Assembly: GCA_039026865.1 (NCBI GenBank)
Contig: JBCCLN010000001.1
Coordinates: 1,011-65,010, forward strand
Direction: 5' to 3'
DNA: 64,000 nucleotides
Source of the DNA: Bacteroidota bacterium
GTDB lineage: Bacteria > Bacteroidota > Bacteroidia > Cytophagales > Cyclobacteriaceae
Shown here: positions 9,418 through 18,640 of the stretch, piece after piece
Numbering within the stretch: position 1 is the stretch's first letter
Layout of the letters: every line of letters starts with the position of its first letter
Position numbers and translations under genes: made by a program
The notes under the pieces: model-generated
The model's input: only the letters and a program-made list of their open reading frames with translations
What the model was told of the DNA's origin: nothing
The model's database searches: none

Positions 9418-9723
9418 ATGGAATATACACCAGAAGAAATATTGCATTATTCACTTAGATGGATCTACAATTTCCACAAAGATGATCTTCAATCTGCACA
9501 TGCAAAATACCATTGTGGTCCTGATTATCATTGGGATAAGTATTTGGGAAAGCTTAAAGAAGGAGTAAATGCCACACAAGCAATGACCGGAGTAGTACTG
9601 AACATGGATGATGAAGGGAAAAAACTATTAATTGATTGGGTTTTAGAAAATTCAAAAGGGCAGATAGAGGATAATAGATGGCTGAAAGAAGCCCAAAGGA
9701 AACACCTAGAGAAGTATAAATAA
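9418..9723 (+). CDS. Hypothetical protein
   Basis: Clean 101 aa ORF, no recognised motif. Confidence 0.6.
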   Translation: MEYTPEEILHYSLRWIYNFHKDDLQSAHAKYHCGPDYHWDKYLGKLKEGVNATQAMTGVVLNMDDEGKKLLIDWVLENSKGQIEDNRWLKEAQRKHLEKYK

Positions 9724-9728
9724 GGAGT

Positions 9729-10087
9729 ATGGAGTTAACCCCATTTTATAGAGGCAAGTTGAAATATAAGTACATCGGAAAAAGAATTGATTATACCTCA
9801 GTTCGTAACTTCATATTAGATTCTGATTTAACTGATGGTTGTGGATCTTTGATGAAGAATTGTTTCCTTTTCAAAGTCAGGAATTCCGCAACCATTCTCC
9901 TGATGGATTCTCCTGGGGATACGGCGGATCTGGACCGGCACAACTAGCACTGGCTATCTGCGTGGAATTGTTTGGCGAAGACCTAGCTTTAAACGTTTAT
10001 CAGTCTTTTAAATCTAAGTATATTGCTATTTTACCTAAGACCGATTTTGAATGTGATTTGGTTGTTAATTTGAATGAATTGAAATAA
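9729..10087 (+). pseudogene. DUF6166-like protein split by a one-base frameshift near 9838 (or a sequencing error)
   Basis: The second frame has RNHSPDGFSWGYGGSGPAQLALAI. The first frame starts at 9729 after AAGGAG. Adding one base at ggttgtgg joins them. Confidence 0.6.
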
Positions 10088-10114
10088 AAAAGTGTAAACT
10101 AAGCGAGGATAATG

Positions 10115-10220
10115 GATATCGTATCAAACTTAGTTGGAATTTAAAAGGATTCCACTAGGTTTACTAAAACCAAAAAAGTAAAACCAACAAGAAGTAGAAG
10201 CCCTGATCAAAAGTAGTGAA
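10115..10220 (+). repeat. Repeat B
   Basis: GATATCGTATCAAACTTAGTTGGAATTTAA (10115-10144) plus two further blocks shared with repeat A; the core CTTAGTTGGAATTTA is shared with repeat C. Confidence 0.95.
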
Positions 10221-10373
10221 TCACAGCTATTTCATTTATTAGTTTACGAACAGAAAAGGTTAAGATATCTAGGCCGTGAGATCGGTCAATTGTTCCGTCG
10301 CAACTCGCTATCCAGGCAAGAAACTCTTCTTCTGTATTATAAGGCCTTTTGTTTCTGTAATATCCACCGCTCA

Positions 10374-11780
10374 TCAGTAATCCCAGGCTCCTGCTCCAGT
10401 ATCAGCCACCACCCAATCAGACCGTAGCTTACCATTGCTGGCAAGCTTTCGTGAGATAGAAGGGTCTTTGGTCAATTTAGAATAACATTTCAATGTGTGC
10501 ATAGTGTCGTCATAGTTCTTTATCCTGAAAGCTGGTACATGGTCTGGTGCAATACGTTGATGAATACAATAAAGAGCAATATGAACCATGCACCTTATCA
10601 AGTTCTTGTTCCTGGGGTCTGTTGTTTCCTTGAATTCAATCTTATTGTTCTCGAAAGTTGCAGCGTTTACATACATGACAGTTTCCCCCGGCAATTGATA
10701 ATTAACGCCTTCATATGCTACATACGCGCCGGCAGCATATGAAACTGTTTCATCATACGCTTCAACGGTTACCGCTTTCCAATTCGCTGATGCCTCGTCA
10801 GGCGCAATACCTGCTTGGATATTCAATAACCCAAAAAGCTCATAGAATGCATCATTATAGCTAACAATCAATCCAACATTAGATGCGGAATAATCAAAAC
10901 CTGGGTCAAACGTATTAAAAGCCACTTGATTCCAAAACTGCGTCAAGCCTGGAAAGAAATGCAACCTACCCTTTGGGTTTATCTCCATTTTAGATAGATA
11001 GAATTCATTGTTGAATCTCACATAGTCGGTAGGCTTAAAAAAGGCGCCCACAGCAAATTCGAAGAATTGCTTAGGCTGCCATGCACCAGACACATATTCA
11101 ACCAGTGTAAAGTCATTGGTATCGACACCTAGATCACCACTCACAGGAGCAACTATTGTTGTGAAGTCTACCAGGTTTTGATTTATCCAAGGATTAAAGA
11201 AAGGTTGAACCACCTCATTAATGAGGTCACCATTCTCCTTAGCGCATTCGTACCACCCCCCTTTATATTTTACGATATCCGTTGGCTCATAATTACCGTC
11301 CTGGCTGTAGACCTTAGTAGACACTAAGATCCAAAACATATCATTCGGAACAGACTGACCCGAGCTGGCCACGTAGCCCTCATAGCGGAGCTGATAGAGC
11401 GCGTTATCGTATTCCACGTAATCACCAACAGAATAAGATGTTTTCAGCGGATCAAAGACTTCATCTGCAAGCTCATTCCAGTAAGTTTCATATCCGGGTT
11501 TTCTGGCCGGATTCAAATAACCTTGTACCTGATAGAGCTTATCGTTTACCCAAACATTGTCACCCTTTAGAGTTTCTTTTTGCACGCTAAAGTCCCTGGT
11601 ATCCAGACCAATCTGGAAAGCGGCTTCTACCTCATACTCATTTGTCAGATATGAGATGATTTCTTCCTTGGCGTCTTCCTCAGAATCAATAATAATTTGG
11701 TTATTGCCTGCGATTAATTGATCAAAATGTTTTTGCTGTATGAAACGGTAATAGTCTGAGTTTCTTAAAAATCGTACCAT
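10374..11780 (-). CDS. Head-tail connector (Mu gp36/DUF1320-like) with a large inserted array of CBM5/12-like repeats
   Basis: The N-terminus (SEEDAKEEIISYLTNEYEVEAAF) and C-terminus (DPRNKNLIRCMVHIALYCIHQRIAPDHVPAFRIKNYDD) resemble gp36-like adaptors; about six aromatic repeats lie between them. It follows terL. Confidence 0.65.
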   Translation of the reverse strand: MVRFLRNSDYYRFIQQKHFDQLIAGNNQIIIDSEEDAKEEIISYLTNEYEVEAAFQIGLDTRDFSVQKETLKGDNVWVNDKLYQVQGYLNPARKPGYETYWNELADEVFDPLKTSYSVGDYVEYDNALYQLRYEGYVASSGQSVPNDMFWILVSTKVYSQDGNYEPTDIVKYKGGWYECAKENGDLINEVVQPFFNPWINQNLVDFTTIVAPVSGDLGVDTNDFTLVEYVSGAWQPKQFFEFAVGAFFKPTDYVRFNNEFYLSKMEINPKGRLHFFPGLTQFWNQVAFNTFDPGFDYSASNVGLIVSYNDAFYELFGLLNIQAGIAPDEASANWKAVTVEAYDETVSYAAGAYVAYEGVNYQLPGETVMYVNAATFENNKIEFKETTDPRNKNLIRCMVHIALYCIHQRIAPDHVPAFRIKNYDDTMHTLKCYSKLTKDPSISRKLASNGKLRSDWVVADTGAGAWDY

Positions 11781-13219
11781 TAGTATGAATGTGAGTTATG
11801 TCTGACAAAAGAAGTGGAAACGGTAGTACCGGCCCTCCCCCCTTTCTTGAATTTATACCAACTATATTTGAGCACTTCGCACAGGAAATAATCCATAGCG
11901 TCAGAAAGGTGATGGTGTTTTTCATACCTTACACCTGTTTTATCGTCTTTTACTTTGCTTTTATCCTTACCTCCGTCTTCATCGCTCAACCCATAGAGCA
12001 GATCTTCAGTGAGCTTCCTGCACTTCATATCTATAAGTATTTTCCAGCCATCCAGATTCTCCGCAAAAATTTCATTAATCCAGTCTCCTCTTAGTTTTAC
12101 TGGAGGAGCCGCCCTGGATACGCGCAATTGAGCCCGGCCACCAAGTTTACCCCCAAACACACGCAATACGATATGAAAGTCATTATGGCCTTGTAAACTC
12201 CTGGTATCTTCTTTACGCCCTGAAGGGTCACCATAGATGAAGACGCCTCCCTTATGGCTTAGAAAGCGCATGACAATAGCCTCAGCCGTAGCGGCGGTTT
12301 TATTACTTTTGGGTGGCCTTCCTAACACCTCTTCAAAAATATAGATTTTTTTATTTTTAGAGTCCACTTGCGCAACCAGGCTGGATAGGTATGGGTATAC
12401 GTTAAAGTCAAAAGCAATGTGCAAAGGCTTATTGCGATCATAGTATTTAGACTTGAGCCCGGTTACTAGGTGAGAGCCGCCATCAAAACCAGAATAGAAA
12501 GCAGCCTCATTGCTCGTTACGTAATTCCAGTTTCCGTAGAATAACCTCTCTCTCATTTCTGTATCTCGCAACCTTTCTAGGTTACTTATATAAACTTTTT
12601 TAAATGCCTCATCGGGATTATCATAAACATTAAAGGGGATATATGCCTCATCAGGAGGTAAATCGATAGGATTACCTTCGTCATCTTGTACAAACCGGGA
12701 ACGGACCCAATTGATCGTGGGGTTTGTAGACATTAAAAGCTTAGGTATCAGCCCATATTCTGCTACTTTCCATCGTATACGGGAACGTAATACCTCTACT
12801 GCCCGCTCAGCGATCTCCGAAACCTCATCTATAAAAGCTCCTGTATACTCTGAAGACCCAAATCGTTCATAATTGGGGTCTGAAGGAGTGGTCGCAAATT
12901 CTTTTAATATAATCTTGGAACCATTGTCAAACGTGATGTCAAGATTAATCTGATTGTAGTTGTAGGGTATTTCCCATTTCTTCAAAAGAGAAAGGATAGT
13001 ATTAAGCGTTGATTCTTTTAGATTTTTTAATGTCTTACGACCAACTACCCATCTCGTGTCATCATAGCGCATGCTCTGTATAATTAACCAAGCAGATCCA
13101 AGGTAGGACTTCCCCCCACCCGCAGCCCCACCGGCAAGGATTAATTCATGTACCCCGTCTTCAAGCACACACCACAACTTATATTGCCGCTCACTGGGTT
13201 TGAAATCAATCCGCTTCAC
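11780..13219 (-). CDS. terL: Terminase large subunit
   Basis: Walker A GGAAGGGKS, Walker B FIDEVSE, STNP motif, nuclease IAFDFN, YGDPSG and HLSDAMDY. Confidence 0.95.
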   Translation of the reverse strand: MKRIDFKPSERQYKLWCVLEDGVHELILAGGAAGGGKSYLGSAWLIIQSMRYDDTRWVVGRKTLKNLKESTLNTILSLLKKWEIPYNYNQINLDITFDNGSKIILKEFATTPSDPNYERFGSSEYTGAFIDEVSEIAERAVEVLRSRIRWKVAEYGLIPKLLMSTNPTINWVRSRFVQDDEGNPIDLPPDEAYIPFNVYDNPDEAFKKVYISNLERLRDTEMRERLFYGNWNYVTSNEAAFYSGFDGGSHLVTGLKSKYYDRNKPLHIAFDFNVYPYLSSLVAQVDSKNKKIYIFEEVLGRPPKSNKTAATAEAIVMRFLSHKGGVFIYGDPSGRKEDTRSLQGHNDFHIVLRVFGGKLGGRAQLRVSRAAPPVKLRGDWINEIFAENLDGWKILIDMKCRKLTEDLLYGLSDEDGGKDKSKVKDDKTGVRYEKHHHLSDAMDYFLCEVLKYSWYKFKKGGRAGTTVSTSFVRHNSHSY

Positions 13220-13808
13220 AGTTGGTCTTCACCCTATTACATACCAAAACTCCTCTTTTTACCGCTTCAATTACTTGATTAAACGGAAACCCTCCCCCCG
13301 GATCTTTCTTACCCTTATTTTTCCCTCTTACATCATCCCCTGACACGTCGGAATGACGTACGATATTTTCAACAGGTATATTAAATCTTCTGCGCCAATC
13401 AACACATTTTTGAATACAAGTCTGAATAACTGCTTTAGAATAGGAAGCAGGATCTTTCATTTTCTGTAAAAAAGTACCATAATCATTGCATCCGGCTATT
13501 AATATCTCTATCCCTAAATAATGATTATTTAAATTCTTCAAATCGTCATGTATACTCTCTCCGGCATGCAGAGCTTTTTCGGTTTCATCTACATTTCCGC
13601 CTATCCAGGATGCTTCGGGGCTAATAAATCCATGAGCAGACAACCCGAGAATAGCTAACCATTCACAGGCATGAATATTCTCAGGATATTTATTAATTTC
13701 TTGCTCTTTTTTGCCATACCATTTCAACGCACCCCGATGGATATATTCGCTCATCGCATGCAGTACAATACCTTTTGGCTGTATCAACTCCCTCATTTCT
13801 TGATACAT
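13206..13808 (-). CDS. N-acetylmuramoyl-L-alanine amidase (Amidase_2-type endolysin)
   Basis: IVLHAM, SAHGFI, ALHAGES, LGIEI, RHSDVS...KDPG. Confidence 0.88.
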   Translation of the reverse strand: MYQEMRELIQPKGIVLHAMSEYIHRGALKWYGKKEQEINKYPENIHACEWLAILGLSAHGFISPEASWIGGNVDETEKALHAGESIHDDLKNLNNHYLGIEILIAGCNDYGTFLQKMKDPASYSKAVIQTCIQKCVDWRRRFNIPVENIVRHSDVSGDDVRGKNKGKKDPGGGFPFNQVIEAVKRGVLVCNRVKTNCEAD

Positions 13809-14023
13809 TAGTAGAGAAGTATAGGAAATTTTTGTTAGTGAAGTTTTTGTTAAAAATTCGAGTATACATTAGATTTGAGTTAAGTATAGTAAAGAACTTT
13901 AGAAAAGATATGGAATTAAGTATATCACATCTGGAAAGAAGTAAATTGGGGAACCTGGGAAGAATTTTATGTATGCTTTTTAACCAATGTGAAAGGAAGA
14001 GTCACCTAGGGTTAATTAAGTAA

Positions 14024-14953
14024 ATGAGCAAAGGAATAAACAGCCCTTTCAGATACGCTGGAGGTAAATTCTACGCGAGAAAGTTAATTCTTAATCATAT
14101 ACCACCCCATACATCATATGTTGAACCGTTTGCAGGTAGTGGTAGTATATTTTTTGCCAAGAAAAAGGTGGAATTTAACCACTTGAATGATTTAGATGAA
14201 GAGCTTGTTAATGTATACAATACAATTAAAGATAATCCTGAAGGGCTAATTGATTTTTTAACCAAACAACCTTTTCATGATGATTCATTGCCGGAAGGTA
14301 AAGTAATAAATGTCGCAAATGGAAGCCCGCTTCCTGCACTTAAAGAATTGCATACGTTTTTCAAGAAGGTGTACACTCCCACTACCCTTCTAGAACAAGC
14401 TGGTCGTTGGTATTACTTAAACAGAACCTCATATAGTGGTATCATGAATTACCAGAATATGTATTGGGGCTATGGAGATAAATTTTCTATGCAACCTAGA
14501 AACTGGCCCGCAAATATTAGAAGAGCAAGTGAAAAGTTGCAGAATGTCGAAATTACCTCTTTAGATTTTGAGGAAGTAATTGATAATGCTCCCGATGGTA
14601 ATTTATTATTTATCGATCCGCCCTATTTTAATACGGATCAAGATAAGTTTTACACACATTCTTTTAACCATAATGACCATCAAAGGCTCCTGGAATGTGT
14701 TGAACGCAATAATGAGAGATTATTCATTTTCATAACTTATGACAACACCCCTGAAATAAGAGAAATGTATAGTTGGATGACCGAAATGCACGATCAGGAG
14801 TGGAATTACTCTATTCAAAGAACAGACAACCAAAAAAATAATTTGGATATTAAAGGCAGCAGGTACAAAGGCAAAGAATTATTCATACTAAACTATAAAA
14901 GAGAAAACCTTGAATTGGTTAAACAAGGAGTTCAATTACGTCTCGAGGTTTGA
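14024..14953 (+). CDS. Orphan DNA adenine methyltransferase (Dam/D12 class), antisense to the phage genes
   Basis: PFRYAGGK, YVEPFAGSGS, NDLDEEL, FIDPPY. Confidence 0.92.
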   Translation: MSKGINSPFRYAGGKFYARKLILNHIPPHTSYVEPFAGSGSIFFAKKKVEFNHLNDLDEELVNVYNTIKDNPEGLIDFLTKQPFHDDSLPEGKVINVANGSPLPALKELHTFFKKVYTPTTLLEQAGRWYYLNRTSYSGIMNYQNMYWGYGDKFSMQPRNWPANIRRASEKLQNVEITSLDFEEVIDNAPDGNLLFIDPPYFNTDQDKFYTHSFNHNDHQRLLECVERNNERLFIFITYDNTPEIREMYSWMTEMHDQEWNYSIQRTDNQKNNLDIKGSRYKGKELFILNYKRENLELVKQGVQLRLEV

Positions 14954-15150
14954 CTTTTTCTATTTTCCACCACTTTGAGTAGACAATTCTCAATTTCATT
15001 GAATGGGCTCCAGTAAGGGTACTCGTTGCTGCTAAGAAATGGTGTAAGTACCATGATTGATGAAATTGGCCTTTGCCGTTTACGAACCTGCATTCTCAAG
15101 CTTTATTATGAAAATGGACAGTTACCGTTTGATTTCCATTGATTAAACCA

Positions 15151-15807
15151 TTATTCATCATTTTCTTCTTCAAATTCTACGTCTTCAGCATCCGGTGTGA
15201 TATCTAAAGGCTCTTGACCTGGTACCACAATGTTAAACTGGAAACCCCTACCGGCCTCATGAGTCACTTTCGCTTCTGCTGGTTTGTTATACCCCAACAT
15301 CTTATTTAGTACTTCAACAGCTCTAATCGAAGCCATCCGCTGTTGGTGAGTGGCCACAGCAGTTCCGGTTCCTTCCTTAACTCTGCCCTCCTCGTCTACT
15401 TCCTGATCTTTCCGGGTGATGATATTAGCCATTTCATCTCGCACCTTTATCAAAGTTTCAATATTGGAAAATCGAATATGCTCGTAGGCGTCAAGCCGAT
15501 CCTGCTGTAACTCTTTGATGTAAGCCTTTACATTAGGCCTTTTTACCATCTCATTAGCTCGCGTATACGTTTTTTCTGTCTTCTCGCCTTTACTATAAAC
15601 TACGGCATAGCAATCGGCTTTTTTACCCATCAGCTGAGGATCAAAGACGTATAAATGACAAAATTGTTCCTGATCACCGTTTAATGGCTTCTCTTCAGGA
15701 TGTTGCTCGTAATAGGCTCTTTGCTCAGCTTGCTTGACTTGCCCCATTTTCTGGATCTTTCGCATGTGCTCAGACCTATCAAACTTTTCAACCCGACTCG
15801 TACCCAA
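15151..15807 (-). CDS. terS: Terminase small subunit
   Basis: QEQFCHLY...AVVYS...RANEMVKRPNVKAYIKEL pattern, RIRAVEVLNKMLG-like segment, acidic tail; upstream of terL. Confidence 0.75.
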   Translation of the reverse strand: MGTSRVEKFDRSEHMRKIQKMGQVKQAEQRAYYEQHPEEKPLNGDQEQFCHLYVFDPQLMGKKADCYAVVYSKGEKTEKTYTRANEMVKRPNVKAYIKELQQDRLDAYEHIRFSNIETLIKVRDEMANIITRKDQEVDEEGRVKEGTGTAVATHQQRMASIRAVEVLNKMLGYNKPAEAKVTHEAGRGFQFNIVVPGQEPLDITPDAEDVEFEEENDE

Positions 15808-15820
15808 AATATAAAAAAAA

Positions 15821-16360
15821 TTATTTCTTACCCCTCTTTGTAGAACCTAGTGAACTCCCAAGATAGAAGCCGGTAACCTGTTTTCGCTCATCCAGCAGCG
15901 AGGTGACCACAGAGGACACAATAGCCACCACCGGAACTAGGCCCTGAAGTACGGTCGCTTGCATATCATTTGGTACGAATAAAATGATTCCCAAATTAAG
16001 AAATGCTACGAATAAAACCAGTATAAGTACATAAGGAATATTCACCTTAAAGATCTTCTTGGAGATCTCATCTGTGGTGTCTTTACTTTTATCGTACATC
16101 TTAGACGCGCGTAAACGACTTTGCTCTTCCAACTCGAAAGCTTCAAAATCTAAAGCATTTAATTGATTTGCCTCTGTAAGAAGCGCATTCCCTGTTTCTC
16201 CGGTTAGCTCAGAAGCAAGCTTATCTTTAAGCTTACCAAAAATAGCCCCTCCTGGATTAGGGGAAACCATTACATCTATCACATCCCCAACCAGATCTGG
16301 TAACCTCTGTGTTACTTTCTGTAGGAATTTACCAACCTTTGTTTTCCTCCCCTTTGTCAT
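15821..16360 (-). CDS. Holin-like membrane protein
   Basis: Two C-terminal TM helices ending in VTGFYLGSSLGS and a basic tail, as in 3TM-holin-like proteins. Confidence 0.65.
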   Translation of the reverse strand: MTKGRKTKVGKFLQKVTQRLPDLVGDVIDVMVSPNPGGAIFGKLKDKLASELTGETGNALLTEANQLNALDFEAFELEEQSRLRASKMYDKSKDTTDEISKKIFKVNIPYVLILVLFVAFLNLGIILFVPNDMQATVLQGLVPVVAIVSSVVTSLLDERKQVTGFYLGSSLGSTKRGKK

Positions 16361-16362
16361 AA

Positions 16363-16638
16363 TTATTTCCCTTTGTATACGTTTAAAATTTCATCCAGTA
16401 CCCCCTTTATGTCTTGCCTCAGACCCCTGATTTCTTGTTTAATTTCTACCAAAGCTTTGTTTTCGATATCAAGAACACGCTTTTCTAGGTTGTTTATCTT
16501 TAAACGATATTCTAGGCGTTTTTCTATCTCTTCTTTGGAATCTTTATGGATACTTCTTTTATACCCTAGATAAGAAATTACACTCGCTTCAAGTGCAATC
16601 AATACCGAACCAATTGCAATAATGGTAGTCAGCTCCAT
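16363..16638 (-). CDS. Single-TM coiled-coil protein (holin/antiholin-like)
   Basis: N-terminal hydrophobic helix followed by a charged heptad region; 2 nt from the next gene. Confidence 0.55.
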   Translation of the reverse strand: MELTTIIAIGSVLIALEASVISYLGYKRSIHKDSKEEIEKRLEYRLKINNLEKRVLDIENKALVEIKQEIRGLRQDIKGVLDEILNVYKGK

Positions 16639-16646
16639 GTCGGTTT

Positions 16647-17120
16647 TTAATCTTTATACTTGTTTCTAATGTTTTCAAGTTTCGATACCAGCTTTTTTGT
16701 TCTGTCAGGGTCTTGAATTTTTAGGTTATCCAAAGCCTCTTTTAATAAATTTTCCTGGTTTTTTTGAAAAGTAATATCATGTCTAATCGAGATATATTCT
16801 TCTATATTACAATTCTCATCCCTCATAGGTGTAATAGTCGTCTGAACACAATAAAATGATCCGTTTTTCGCTCTGTTCCATATACTACCTTCCCACACCT
16901 TTCCACCGGATATTGTTCGCCACATGTTATCGTAAAAATCATGCCTATGAAGCCCGCTTTTCAGTATCCTGTGATTCCGTCCTATTAGTTCGTCTGCACT
17001 ATATCCAGAGATTTCGCAAAATTTGGGATTCACAAAATTGATTATCCCCTTAATATCTGTCACGGAAACCAATGCTGAGTTATCTAAGGCATTAAATATG
17101 TTTCTACATTGATTATCCAT
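16647..17120 (-). CDS. Stand-alone PAS/PAC sensor protein (NifL/Aer-like, probably flavin-binding)
   Basis: VSVTDIKGIINFVNPKFCEISGYSADELIGRNHRIL...FYDNMWRTISGGKVWEGSIWNRAKNGSFYCVQTTITP...YISIRHDIT, then a ~40 aa helical tail. No output domain. Confidence 0.92.
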   Translation of the reverse strand: MDNQCRNIFNALDNSALVSVTDIKGIINFVNPKFCEISGYSADELIGRNHRILKSGLHRHDFYDNMWRTISGGKVWEGSIWNRAKNGSFYCVQTTITPMRDENCNIEEYISIRHDITFQKNQENLLKEALDNLKIQDPDRTKKLVSKLENIRNKYKD

Positions 17121-17312
17121 AAATTCATTGTAGAAATATCAATTTAAATATCTCAAACTTAAGTGCAGACCCTTCCTTACTGAACCGTATAACCATTAAT
17201 GCTCCGAAATAAGTTTTTGGGGCGCAGGGTTAACTATCTTACGTATAGCCTGCCATTCCCCACCTAATTTAAATCATCCTTTCAGAGTATAGGAAATATG
17301 ATTTAATTAGGT

Positions 17313-17618
17313 TTATCCTGGCTTATCTTGTTCTCTAGGTCCATTTTGATCTTCTTCAATTGATTTAGCATTAGCGTACCCAATCATCTGATCTAGAATC
17401 ATTTCCTCAAAGGCGCCCGCCAACTGACCAGCCAAATTTTGCACCTGCTTCCTGTTCTTAATCAGGGCTTGATTAAAATCGATTTTGATATCGTAGCCTG
17501 ACAGTGTGCCGATGACCTGTCCGCTATTAGTTACCTGCAAAGCTAATCGGTCATTTTCTTTGAAAGTAACCTGGCTTACTTCTCCTCCAGCCATTTGATC
17601 TACATCGTTATTTGCCAT
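17313..17618 (-). CDS. Hypothetical protein
   Basis: Co-oriented 101 aa ORF. Confidence 0.65.
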   Translation of the reverse strand: MANNDVDQMAGGEVSQVTFKENDRLALQVTNSGQVIGTLSGYDIKIDFNQALIKNRKQVQNLAGQLAGAFEEMILDQMIGYANAKSIEEDQNGPREQDKPG

Positions 17619-17737
17619 ATTTCTTGTTTTCTTAAAGTATTTCCGATAATGTGATAGGGGCTTATTCAGATCTCCCCCAAAATCTTATTTCTATTTGCGG
17701 ATGTCTCCACTCCCCTTTTAATTAAATAGTCCGATAA

Positions 17738-18463
17738 TTAAAATTTAAAATGATCCCTGGCTCTTTCTTTTATTTGCTCATTCGATTTTCCGCTACCGTT
17801 TCTTAATAAACTAACATAGCGTTGAAAAAGTCCGTTAGAAACTTCTGTATCATATTGAGCGCTATGAGCGGCAAATAGTTCTATACCAAACCTCTCCGCT
17901 ACATCACTTAAGTTATGGCTAATCACCTTTTCATTGGGGGCAAAATACAACCTTGACAGTGATAAAGTGTCCATATAATTAGGCTGGAAATTACCGTAGA
18001 AATCTTCTTTACCGGCAAAGTATTTTCTCGGATCGTGGCCGGTATAACCGCATAGTTGTTGAAGAAAGCCAATGTCAAATACGATATTATGTCCTACTAA
18101 TATCGGTTTAGTGCGCCGCCCGTTATCCAAATTCACTTTCTTGATCTTTTCAAATAGTTCAACCGCTACCTCCTGCAAAGGCTTACCTTTCTTTTCCAAA
18201 AGTTCTTTTGTGATATTGGTGTCCCTTTTCATCATATCCCAGTCATATTCCATTTGCACCGGATCTTCACGCTCAGCCTTTTTGACAATACGCTTCCTTA
18301 AGTCTTTGCGATGATACATTGAAACGTAAGACTGATATCTCTGTAGCTCTTTAAAATCATCAGCTCTAAAGGCTATCATCCCCACCTCAGTGATACCACA
18401 TTTAACCGAGTCTAATCCCCCTGTCTCAAAGTCCAGGCCCACAAAATGATTCATTTTCTTCAT
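17738..18463 (-). CDS. DEDDh 3'-5' exonuclease (DnaQ/epsilon-like)
   Basis: ExoI VGLDFETGG, ExoII GHNIVFDIGFL, ExoIII AHSAQYDT. Confidence 0.9.
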   Translation of the reverse strand: MKKMNHFVGLDFETGGLDSVKCGITEVGMIAFRADDFKELQRYQSYVSMYHRKDLRKRIVKKAEREDPVQMEYDWDMMKRDTNITKELLEKKGKPLQEVAVELFEKIKKVNLDNGRRTKPILVGHNIVFDIGFLQQLCGYTGHDPRKYFAGKEDFYGNFQPNYMDTLSLSRLYFAPNEKVISHNLSDVAERFGIELFAAHSAQYDTEVSNGLFQRYVSLLRNGSGKSNEQIKERARDHFKF

Positions 18464-18640
18464 ACCAGCCTTATGGAAAATATTGCTTCTACTGAAAAAA
18501 TAAGTGAAGATGTCTCGAACCTTCTAGTTCTTTTTTTTCTTAAATAAATTAATGCTAATGTTAGATTAGTCAATTGTAATTGAAAAAAAAGTTTAACTAA
18601 CCTAAGTTTATTCGCTTCTTGCATAGTGACTTTTCTAAAT

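Larger units (their letters stand above)
4560..10220. mobile_element. Inverted-repeat-bounded plasmid-type replicon cassette (Rep, ori, nuclease-HTH, serine recombinase, two small genes)
   Basis: Gene content plus repeats A and B at the two edges. Confidence 0.6.

Noticed and set aside
14954-15150. Remnant of a restriction endonuclease downstream of the methylase
   Set aside because: Only short open frames without a recognisable catalytic motif.
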